Positions 1-7,324 of a DNA stretch of 27,774 nt are shown one piece after another. Below the pieces are notes generated by a model, which ran no database searches, had not been told where the DNA came from, and saw only the letters and a program-made list of their open reading frames with translations. The DNA comes from a virus (Duplodnaviria > Caudoviricetes), in the IMG/VR virus record IMGVR_UViG_3300037501_000083, positions 1 to 27,774 of that record. One strand, given 5' to 3'. Position numbers and translations under genes: made by a program. Every line of letters starts with the position of its first letter. Within the stretch, counting starts at the first letter, position 1.

Positions 1-167
1 CAGGTCGAGGTAGCCGCCGACGGTGAGGTTATCGGGGAGGGAGGTTATCCCTGTCCCTTGCAGGTCGAGGTAGCCGCCGACGGTGAGGTTATCGGGGAGG
101 GAGGTTATCCCTGTCCCTTGCAGGTTGAGGGAGCCGTCGACGGTGAGGTTATCGGGGAGGGAGGTTA
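1..167. repeat. 60-bp tandem repeat, about 2.8 copies (coding repeat of the LRR-like gene)
   Basis: 1-60 and 61-120 are identical; 121-167 is a partial copy with a few substitutions. Confidence 0.95.
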
Positions 168-192
168 TTTTAAAATATTCTTGATAAGTCAT
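1..192 (-). CDS. Leucine-rich-repeat-like phage protein with 20-aa repeats (runs off the window start)
   Basis: ATG at 192 on the minus strand reads MTYQEYFKITSLPDNLTVDGSLNLQGTGITSLPDNLTVGGYLDLQGTGITSLPDNLTVGGYLDL..., open to position 1. Confidence 0.8.
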   Translation of the reverse strand, partial: MTYQEYFKITSLPDNLTVDGSLNLQGTGITSLPDNLTVGGYLDLQGTGITSLPDNLTVGGYLDL

Positions 193-286
193 AATGTGGT
201 TGTTTTGAAAAAGCCCCGGCACTGGGCCGGGACGAAGGGAAGTTAACAATAAAACTACATACTATCTTGAGAGGATGGTTTTGAAC

Positions 287-463
287 TCATCCTCTATTAT
301 GTTTTCGAGCAGGTCTTGGAGGTTGTGGTAGGGTTTCAGTTCTACCTTGCATCCCGATGTGGTCTATGCTTCGTTCAGCCAGGAGGGTTTGTAGGTGTTG
401 TCTTTTCTTTTCGAGGGCGATCTGTGCGGCCCGCTTGGTCATTATCAGAGATGCTTTTACCAT
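287..463 (-). CDS. Small basic hypothetical protein
   Basis: ATG at 463 preceded by an A-rich tract (MVKASLIMTKRAAQ...), co-oriented with the leftward genes; part of ORF 287..598. Confidence 0.45.
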   Translation of the reverse strand: MVKASLIMTKRAAQIALEKKRQHLQTLLAERSIDHIGMQGRTETLPQPPRPARKHNRG

Positions 464-851
464 GATTTTTTTAAAAAAACCAGCCCCGTCCGGCTCGCCG
501 TTTGAGGAGCTGGTCCCACACAAGGGGAGGTCAGTTTTTGGGAGTATCCTCTTTGCTTTCAAAAAATATGAGGTACAAACAAGCAAGAACGATGGCAATT
601 TTCAGAATATCAGTGGCTAACATGGTTGCAGTGTTTTGTTCCCATTGTCCCGCACCGGCGAGGGGATGCCGGGCAGCTTGAATGAGAAAAACCAACGTGT
701 GAATATTGACCGTATTTGGTTTTGGGGTCTCGCCGGTGCTGGATGCTCCCGACGAGACTATAATAACCCCAAAAAACCATATTTACCTTGTGACCGGGGC
801 AGCTTTTGAGGGCTACCCCGGCCCGCATCTTTTTTGGTGGAAGGTTCTATG

Positions 852-924
852 TTGCGAGGGCAGGACTCGAACCTGCGGACTTGGGGGTATGAACCCCACG
901 AGATACCAACTTCTCCACCTCGCA
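852..924 (-). tRNA. tRNA-Met(CAT), initiator (fMet)-like
   Basis: TGCGAGG/CCTCGCA acceptor stem, GAG...CTC D-stem, TGGGG-TTCATAC-CCCCA anticodon arm with consecutive G:C pairs, GCAGG-TTCGAGT-CCTGC T-arm; full CCA not encoded. Confidence 0.93.
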
Positions 925-1142
925 AGATTCCCGCCCCGGCGAGGGGCGGGCGATAAATACACACTATAATCCCAAGAACATACAAATGCCCGGCTAGTGG
1001 ATTCGACCAGATGCAGCCCTGAGCCGCCGGGCGAGTGGCCCTACTTTTGGGGCCGGAACATGTGTGCTATGTAACAAAACTTACTGATACTCAACGAAAA
1101 GGGCAGGCAGTTCATGGGAGGGATCTGCCGCCCGAAGGGTAA

Positions 1143-1409
1143 CTAACTAAACACAGTTCGTCTTTGGGCTTTGGCCTTGCGGTACGTGGGGTGTTCGGAA
1201 ATCATCAGCCGGATGATGTCCTGCCGTTTGACGGGGACGCCGGGGGCGCTGGCCCGGTATGCGAGTTCTTTGAGGGTTTCATCCATGTCGGGGGTGATTC
1301 CGATGTTGAGGATGACGGAGAGTGTTTCTTTATTGCCTATTTCGTCCATTTCGCTTATACTTGTGAGTTGTTGTTGTTGTGTGGGCAAATGTATGTCAAT
1401 TTGTTTCAA
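1143..1409 (-). CDS. Small DNA-binding protein (Cro/ribbon-helix-helix-like)
   Basis: 88-aa ORF with LNIGITPDMDETLKELA...RQDIIRLMI, a strand-helix-helix pattern; divergent from an HTH remnant. Confidence 0.55.
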   Translation of the reverse strand: MKQIDIHLPTQQQQLTSISEMDEIGNKETLSVILNIGITPDMDETLKELAYRASAPGVPVKRQDIIRLMISEHPTYRKAKAQRRTVFS

Positions 1410-1412
1410 TTA

Positions 1413-1428
1413 TGCAACAATTGTAGCA
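1413..1428. promoter_or_regulatory. Near-palindromic operator candidate TGCAACAATTGTAGCA
   Basis: Imperfect palindrome in the short AT-rich gap between two divergent regulator-like genes. Confidence 0.35.
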
Positions 1429-1461
1429 AAATATTTTATCATTTTTTTTGAAATAAAATAT

Positions 1462-1663
1462 ATGTGCTTGACAAATAGACGTTTACGGCAACAACTAATT
1501 TTTTAAAAAATGATTTGAACTTGAGTTTTGGTGAAATAGCAGGCTATTGGCGGAAAGACACGCAATTGATAACGTTAGAAGGGGAAGTAAAAAGCCGACT
1601 AAGGCTTTGGTTAACAAATTGATTAATTCATTTCTACAGGTTTCATTCCTAAAAAGCAATTAA
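1462..1663 (+). pseudogene. Frameshifted XRE/CI-like HTH repressor remnant
   Basis: Pieces in different frames join as MCLTNRRLRQQLIF / KNDLNLSFGEIA / RRGSKKPTKALVNKLINSF; first shift lies at the T6 run 1499-1504. Confidence 0.5.
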
Positions 1664-1674
1664 TCTATTGGTAG

Positions 1675-1989
1675 GATGAAGGATTAAAGGCTGAATTTGA
1701 GGGGAAAACGAATCACTATCCTACTTTCATAGAAAAGGGTCAATTAAAACCGGCCGCATTTTGGGTAAAAGGAAAAACCAGAATTAACGAAAACGCAATC
1801 TATAATGAGGCGTTCAAGACAATCGTCGAGGAAATAAGAAAGAAAATGAGGGCAATTAACACAGGTGGAAAATCGGCTACGGTAACGGTGAGCGGGAAAG
1901 TTGTAAAAAACAACACCAGCGTCAATGTCAACGTGAGTGATTGCGACGATGAAGATTTGCTCAAACGAATTGAGAAAGTTTTGAATTAA
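1675..1989 (+). pseudogene. Gene fragment lacking its 5' end
   Basis: Open frame DEGLKAEFEGKTNHYPTFIEKG...DLLKRIEKVLN* directly preceded by an in-frame TAG. Confidence 0.4.
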
Positions 1990-2197
1990 GCGAACTGCCT
2001 TTTACGATTTTTGGCAACGCATCATTCAAATAAGTATCCATTTCAAACGAAACTTGGAAGGCTGCCTTTTCGACCGCTTTGATTTCCAAAGGCGGCGGAT
2101 TTTCAGAAATGTATGCTCTGACTTCTTTTTCAAAGGAAGACGCTTCCGCTTCGTTTAAAACATCGGCAACGTGGCTAAAAAAAGTAACGTAATCCAT
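1961..2197 (-). CDS. Hypothetical protein or fragment
   Basis: 78-aa ORF with ATG after an AT tract and protein-like composition. Confidence 0.35.
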   Translation of the reverse strand: MDYVTFFSHVADVLNEAEASSFEKEVRAYISENPPPLEIKAVEKAAFQVSFEMDTYLNDALPKIVKGSSLNSKLSQFV

Positions 2198-2276
2198 AAA
2201 AAAAAATAATAACCCGACACGACAATGAGATATAAATAAATAACCCGTCGAGATGTCGAAAATGAAAAATTAAAAA

Positions 2277-2490
2277 ATGAAATCAATCCTCATCTCAATT
2301 GCCTTGATTTTATCGGTTTCAGTTGCAAATATTCAAAAATTTGGCGTTTCTTTTTCCTACGCAACTGCAAAAGTCCTCGCAATGTATATGTTTTATGTCA
2401 AAAACGCAAACCGATTTCATTTTGGTTGCGGCTATCAATTCAACGGCCAAAATAAAACCGTTGTCAAAGAACGAAAGGACAACTGCTGTT
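2277..2490 (+). pseudogene. N-terminal fragment of a secreted/outer-membrane protein
   Basis: MKSILISIALILSVSVA signal-peptide-like start and beta-strand-like segments; after about 2490 the frame runs antisense into the integrase remnant. Confidence 0.4.
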
Positions 2491-2817
2491 CTTCAATTCA
2501 AGCAGGTGCGCACGGAGTGCAGTATGAAGGAGCCTTGCCTTCCATCACCTGCTGCCGTATAAAATCCAGTGCGGTGTTCTCGTATTTATCCAGCTTTGCA
2601 TTTATCCATGTGTGTTGAGGGAACGCCTTCCCTGTCCGGCACCGCATAGCCCGCCCATCCCACTGTTGTATCGGAATAGATTCGTTGACTGAAAAGACAA
2701 ACGGTAAAGGTTCGGAGGAAAGGTATCGCACCTTCAATCGGAGGAAAGGTATCGCACCTTCAAAAGGATAAGACCAAAATCCTTTTTTGAGGGCTTCAAA
2801 TTGAACCTAATTTTCAT
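2480..2817 (-). pseudogene. Tyrosine integrase N-terminal (arm-binding) domain, disrupted and truncated
   Basis: Removing one copy of the 26-bp duplication gives MKIRFNLKPSKKDFGLILLKVRYLSSEPLPFVFSVNESIPIQQWDGRAMRCRTGKAFPQHTWINAKLDKYE..., typical of Bacteroidota integrase N-termini; no catalytic domain; adjacent to the attP-like site. Confidence 0.7.
2712..2763. repeat. Exact 26-bp tandem duplication
   Basis: TCGGAGGAAAGGTATCGCACCTTCAA at 2712-2737 and 2738-2763. Confidence 0.95.
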
Positions 2818-2820
2818 GCG

Positions 2821-3047
2821 GTTGTCGTTATGGTTGTCGTTTTTACGCTGTGAATATAAAAACACATTTATCTGTGTTGCAATGCAGGGCCGGAAAAACG
2901 CTGTTTTTGTAAAGTATATACAACTGTGATTGCGTTACTTAAAAGTTAGTTTGAATCCTGGCAGGATCACCACCTAATTTCGGAAGCTGTTGATTTGTAA
3001 CGCTTACAGCATTGTTATTTCTTGCAGTTGTCGTTTTAGTTACCGTA
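2821..3047. other. attP-like site: tRNA 3'-end core flanked by paired arm-type repeats
   Basis: Core GTTTGAATCCTGGCAGGATCACCA (2949-2972) equals T-loop + acceptor 3' strand + CCA; GTTGTCGTT at 2821, 2833 and 3027, degenerate GTTACCGTA at 3039 (12-bp spacing on both sides). Confidence 0.65.
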
Positions 3048-3053
3048 TATTTG
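3022..3053 (+). promoter_or_regulatory. Bacteroidota-type promoter candidate for the packaging operon
   Basis: TTG at 3022-3024 and TATATTTG (TAnnTTTG) at 3046-3053. Confidence 0.4.
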
Positions 3054-3148
3054 CCGACAGCGGAAGAAACCCAAGGGGATAGGGGGTGGTAAATCTTAAT
3101 GGACATCGTTTCTAACATCGTTGCCCCAAAACCACACACGCACTGTCA

Positions 3149-3574
3149 ATGAAAAAGGGGGAGGGGGGTAAACCGATTCTCATGATAAATACAAAGTCAG
3201 CAAAATTTCCATGGGACGGGAAAAGGCCGGTTCCGGCCTTTTACAGGAAAGATCGTTCAACACAATCATTTTACAACTCATCCGCCTGGCAAAGATGCCG
3301 GGCCGCCTACCGGCAAGCCCACCCGCTTTGCGAAGCCTGCCAAGCTGCCGGCAAAATCCAGCCCACCGAAGAAGTTGACCACATCATCAGAGCAAAATCA
3401 GGCGGCGCCCTTTTGGATTTAGATAATCTAATGTGCCTTTGCAAACCGCATCATTCCCTGAAGTCACAAAAAGAAGGAAAAACGCCCATCCTCATACCAT
3501 ACATCGTCAATGCCAGCGGCGGCTTAATCCCTGTCAACCGCTCCGACATTTTCAAAATCCTAAACAACCGCTAA
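3149..3574 (+). CDS. HNH endonuclease (HK97 gp74-like packaging nuclease); alternative start at 3182
   Basis: FYNSSAWQRCR...PLCEAC...EVDHII...GG...NLMCLCKPHHSLK motif, upstream of terminase. Confidence 0.9.
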   Translation: MKKGEGGKPILMINTKSAKFPWDGKRPVPAFYRKDRSTQSFYNSSAWQRCRAAYRQAHPLCEACQAAGKIQPTEEVDHIIRAKSGGALLDLDNLMCLCKPHHSLKSQKEGKTPILIPYIVNASGGLIPVNRSDIFKILNNR

Positions 3575-4188
3575 TGAAGTCACTTTTTGATTTTGACGAA
3601 GCCTTCGGGCGAAACATATACGATGGGGAAATGAACGGCATCACCCCCTTGAAAATAAAAGTCCGTACCCGGATAAAATTCGAGGACAAAACCAAACGGC
3701 AAAACGTCCAAAAACTCATCACCGAACTGCCCGAACCCGGTGAATCCATCCACATCGTTTCAAACGGCAGTTTCGACTACTTCACCGTCATCCCGCACAT
3801 CATCGAACTCGCAGGCGAAAAAGTCACCGACTTTTGGTTCAGCACATGTACCTTGAGTCTGATGAACGTCACCGCCATGCTCGACCTCTACGACCGTGAC
3901 GTTTTTGCAAACATCAACGCCCTCACCGGCGACTACATAAAAAGCAGGGAATCGAACGTATATAACCTCCTGACAGAATGCAAGAAACGGGGCCAGCGCA
4001 TTGCCAGCAACAAAAACCACTCGAAAGTCACGCTCCTCGAAATAGGTACCGACATGTTCATCATCGAAGGTTCCGCCAACTTCACCGCCAATCCACGAAT
4101 TGAACAATTCATCCTCTCCAACCACGTCGGCCTTTTCCATTTCCACCGTAGTTGGATGGACAAAATCCTGACAAAATATGCTCAGTGA
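3574..4188 (+). CDS. Phospholipase D (HKD)-like domain protein, putative nuclease
   Basis: ATG overlaps the HNH stop (TAATG); NHSKVTLLE...IEGSANFT matches HxK...GSxN. Confidence 0.75.
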   Translation: MKSLFDFDEAFGRNIYDGEMNGITPLKIKVRTRIKFEDKTKRQNVQKLITELPEPGESIHIVSNGSFDYFTVIPHIIELAGEKVTDFWFSTCTLSLMNVTAMLDLYDRDVFANINALTGDYIKSRESNVYNLLTECKKRGQRIASNKNHSKVTLLEIGTDMFIIEGSANFTANPRIEQFILSNHVGLFHFHRSWMDKILTKYAQ

Positions 4189-4483
4189 GGAAACATTGTC
4201 AAAAGTCATTGACCTCGGAAGCCTCGGCTACCCAGCCCAGAAGTGCATCAATATACTTGGACTGGAAGGCGCCGCCGCCCAGCAGTTCCTGAAAGACTTC
4301 TCCGACCCGAAGTCGGATGTCTTTTCCGCCTACAGCATCGGAAAAGACAAAGCTGACTTCGAGATTGACGCCAAACTTCTCCAACTCTCCAAAGCCGGCG
4401 ACCTCAAAGCAATCCAGATGCTGGACGACCGTCTGGCCGCCCGCCAGTGGGAAGAAAAACAAAATAAAAAAATGAAGAAATGA
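4178..4483 (+). CDS. Hypothetical protein in packaging module
   Basis: 101-aa helical ORF overlapping both neighbours, phage-like codon usage. Confidence 0.75.
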   Translation: MLSEETLSKVIDLGSLGYPAQKCINILGLEGAAAQQFLKDFSDPKSDVFSAYSIGKDKADFEIDAKLLQLSKAGDLKAIQMLDDRLAARQWEEKQNKKMKK

Positions 4484-4968
4484 AACCAAAATCACAAGCC
4501 GAAAAAGCCCTTTCGGGCACCATCCGCCTCGACCGCACGGAAACAAAGCGGGTCAAAGTCGTCACCACCACCCAAATCCCAAAACCTCAACCCTACCTCA
4601 ACGCCAACGGCCGCCGCATCTTCAAAGAAATTTGCGTCCACCTCCTGAAGCACAAAGCCCTTTGCAAAATAGACAGCTTCTACGTTTCCACCGTCGCCCA
4701 TTCCTTCGATATCTACAACCGCATGGCCATGCTCGTCGAAAGCCCCGACGTCGGCCTAATCCAGGAATTCAAAAATGGCACCCGAAACATCTCGCCGGAA
4801 TTTTCAATCATGCGGTCAGAATGGGAGCGCCTTGAAAAAGGCTGCAAATCCCTCGGCCTCAACCTCAAATCCAGAGACGCCATCCTTGCCTTCGCCCGTG
4901 GCGCGGCAGAGGAACGGCCCGCCGACCCCATCGCCGAAATGTTCAACCGGAAAAATGCAAACTGCTGA
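4480..4968 (+). CDS. terS: Terminase small subunit (P27 family)
   Basis: KPK..EKALSGTIRLDR N-terminus, PQPYLN, ISPEF...LGLNLKSR; directly before TerL. Confidence 0.88.
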   Translation: MKPKSQAEKALSGTIRLDRTETKRVKVVTTTQIPKPQPYLNANGRRIFKEICVHLLKHKALCKIDSFYVSTVAHSFDIYNRMAMLVESPDVGLIQEFKNGTRNISPEFSIMRSEWERLEKGCKSLGLNLKSRDAILAFARGAAEERPADPIAEMFNRKNANC

Positions 4969-4971
4969 TGA

Positions 4972-6882
4972 ATGACCAACCCGGCCCTACAATACATCGC
5001 AGACGTGCAGGACGGAAAGGTCGTTTGCGGAAAGTACGTCCGCCTCGCAGTGCAAAGACATTGCGACATGTTATCCACCGCTGAGGAGCGGGGCATAACA
5101 TTTGACAACCAGGCCGCCCAGCACGCCATCGACTTCATCGGGCTGTTGCGCTTCACCACTGGAAAGGAGTTCGCCGGCAAACATTTCCAGCTTGCGCCAT
5201 GGCAAGCGTTCATAGTTTGGGTCATATTCGGCTGGAAAAACAAGGCCACCGGCTACCGGCTCATTACGAAGGCGTACATCGAAATCGCCAAAAAAAACGG
5301 CAAAACCGAACTCGCCGCCGCCATCGCCATCTACATGTTCCTGATGGATGATGAATTTGGGGCCGAAGTCTATATCGGGGCCACCAAGCGGGCGCAATCC
5401 AAAATTTGTTTCACCGCCATCCGGCAAATGATACTTTTCCTTCGCCGGGACAGCGAATATATCCGCCAAATGGTTGCGGAGCCGCAGACCTGGAACATCC
5501 ATACCAACGAAACCAAATCCAAAATCGAACCGCTTGGCAAGGATTCCGACTCCGACCAGGGCATTAATGCCCATTGCGGTATCATAGACGAATACTGGGC
5601 CCATCCGGATTCAAAAGTCTTGGGCAACATCCAATCCTCGATGGTGTCCCGGACGCAGCCCCTCCTTTTCATTATCACCACCGCCGGATTCAACCTCGAA
5701 AGCCCCTGTTACAAACTCCGCATCACTTCCACCGAAATCCTCGAAGGGCTGAAAGAAGACGATTCTTTCTTTGCCATCATTTTTTCCTTCGACGAAGGAG
5801 ATGACTGGCAGGACAAGGCCCTTTGGCAAAAGCCCATCCCAAACCTCGGTATTTCCGTTATTGCCGAAAACATCGAAAAGGAACTCACTAGGGCCAAAAA
5901 CGAAGGCCCCATCGAAGAAAAGCGCTTCAAGACCCTGAACTTGAACATGTGGCACGAAACCAGCTTTGAGAGCTGGATCACCGCCGAAGATTGGAAAGCT
6001 TGTGCCGCCGATTTCAAGGAGGAAGATATGAAAGACCGCCTGGCCTTCGGCGGAATTGACATGGCAGCCACCTCCGACATCGCCGCCTTTGTCCGCTTTT
6101 ATCCCGGACAGGAACGCAACGACCTCCAAAAACGCATCGCCGTCATCCTCAACCCCGAAGAAACCTCCGAAAAACGCCGGGACTGCCTCGACTGGCTGCA
6201 ATACAGTTATCCCGCAACCTTCGCCGCCACCACACTCGCCACGCCCGAAGACGAAATCCGCCACACCGCCGCCGCACTCAAAGCCACCTTGCCCAAAAAC
6301 CGCCTCATTTTCCGAAGTTATTACCCCAGAGCCGCACTCGAAGAGAAAAGCGGCTCCGATAAAAACAGCTACTCGAAATGGCTCAAAGACGGCTGGATAA
6401 TACCCGTCGAAAGTAACGTCATACTGTCCAGCGCCGGGCGGGAACTGATGAAAAAGGACATCCGCCACGCTTTCCAGCAAAACCGCATCGAAGCTATCGG
6501 TTTCGACGAATGGAACGCCTATGGCCTCGTTTCCGACCTAGTGGACGATGGAATGCCCCCGGAAATGCTGTTGCCATACCGGATGGGCTACAAATCCATG
6601 TCCACGCCCATGAAATTCTTCTATTCATGGGTAAAGGAGGGTAACATCGAACACAACGGCGATCCCGTCGCCGCCTGGATGGTTTCCAACGTCATCGCAC
6701 AAACGGACGGCACCAACATCAAACCCGACCGCCGCCATTCCGACGGCAAAATAGACGGCGTGGTGGCCGCCATCATCGCCATCGGTCAATACCTCGTATG
6801 GGAAGCCAACAAACAATCGAACCGGAGTATCTACGACGACCCGGTTTTATGGAAGGATGAAACCCGAAAAGATGACGACTGA
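4972..6882 (+). CDS. terL: Terminase large subunit
   Basis: LAPWQAF, Walker A IAKKNGKT, Walker B GIIDE, IITTAG, nuclease motifs GIDMAATSD and KIDGVVA. Confidence 0.97.
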   Translation: MTNPALQYIADVQDGKVVCGKYVRLAVQRHCDMLSTAEERGITFDNQAAQHAIDFIGLLRFTTGKEFAGKHFQLAPWQAFIVWVIFGWKNKATGYRLITKAYIEIAKKNGKTELAAAIAIYMFLMDDEFGAEVYIGATKRAQSKICFTAIRQMILFLRRDSEYIRQMVAEPQTWNIHTNETKSKIEPLGKDSDSDQGINAHCGIIDEYWAHPDSKVLGNIQSSMVSRTQPLLFIITTAGFNLESPCYKLRITSTEILEGLKEDDSFFAIIFSFDEGDDWQDKALWQKPIPNLGISVIAENIEKELTRAKNEGPIEEKRFKTLNLNMWHETSFESWITAEDWKACAADFKEEDMKDRLAFGGIDMAATSDIAAFVRFYPGQERNDLQKRIAVILNPEETSEKRRDCLDWLQYSYPATFAATTLATPEDEIRHTAAALKATLPKNRLIFRSYYPRAALEEKSGSDKNSYSKWLKDGWIIPVESNVILSSAGRELMKKDIRHAFQQNRIEAIGFDEWNAYGLVSDLVDDGMPPEMLLPYRMGYKSMSTPMKFFYSWVKEGNIEHNGDPVAAWMVSNVIAQTDGTNIKPDRRHSDGKIDGVVAAIIAIGQYLVWEANKQSNRSIYDDPVLWKDETRKDDD

Positions 6883-7213
6883 TGATAAAATAGACATCCG
6901 GGGATATCTCATTCCCCTCGAAACCCTCGAAGCAGAGCTTCGGGCAAACGGGTATTGTATCATTCCTCTCAGTCGCCTACGCCTCGCCACCACCGCCGGC
7001 TATGTCGCCCGCTATTACGAACTCACCACCACCGCCGCCACTTACTCCGCCGCATGGTCACAGGTAGAAACAGAATACCAGCAAACCTTCCACGCCGAAC
7101 GCTTCGCATCTTGGGATTCTTTCCGCAATTCCCCCGCCGTCCAACGCTTCTTTAAAAAAAAAAAAAAACTACCTGACAAGCAGAATATATTTTGCTCCCA
7201 TATCCCCAAGTGA
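6872..7213 (+). CDS. Hypothetical protein between TerL and portal
   Basis: ORF 6857..7213, likely start MTTDDKIDIRG; ERFASWDSFR motif; A15 run at 7154-7168 makes the C-terminus uncertain. Confidence 0.65.
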   Translation: MTTDDKIDIRGYLIPLETLEAELRANGYCIIPLSRLRLATTAGYVARYYELTTTAATYSAAWSQVETEYQQTFHAERFASWDSFRNSPAVQRFFKKKKKLPDKQNIFCSHIPK

Positions 7214-7324
7214 TAATCACCTCACCAATTGCGCACCCGACCTCAGATGTAAACTTTCGGATTAAAACTCCAAAGCCCCGCCCAAATCCCCCCTTATATT
7301 GCCGCCTGAAATATACGTTCAGGC

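Noticed and set aside
1-167. CRISPR array
   Set aside because: Contiguous 60-bp units with no unique spacers; they encode a 20-aa protein repeat.
58-246. Plus-strand ORF over the repeat
   Set aside because: Antisense shadow of the LRR-like gene.
2480-2817. Integron integrase serving the cassette array
   Set aside because: It is an arm-binding N-terminus of a phage integrase, has no catalytic domain, and lies 22 kb from the array.
2949-2972. Complete second tRNA gene
   Set aside because: Only the T-loop and 3' end are present; upstream sequence cannot form the D or anticodon arms.
3433-3573. N-terminal extension of the PLD-like ORF
   Set aside because: Overlaps HNH; the ATG at 3574 coupled to the HNH stop is the more plausible start.
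6106-6300. Intein in TerL
   Set aside because: No Cys/Ser start with His-Asn end, and too short.
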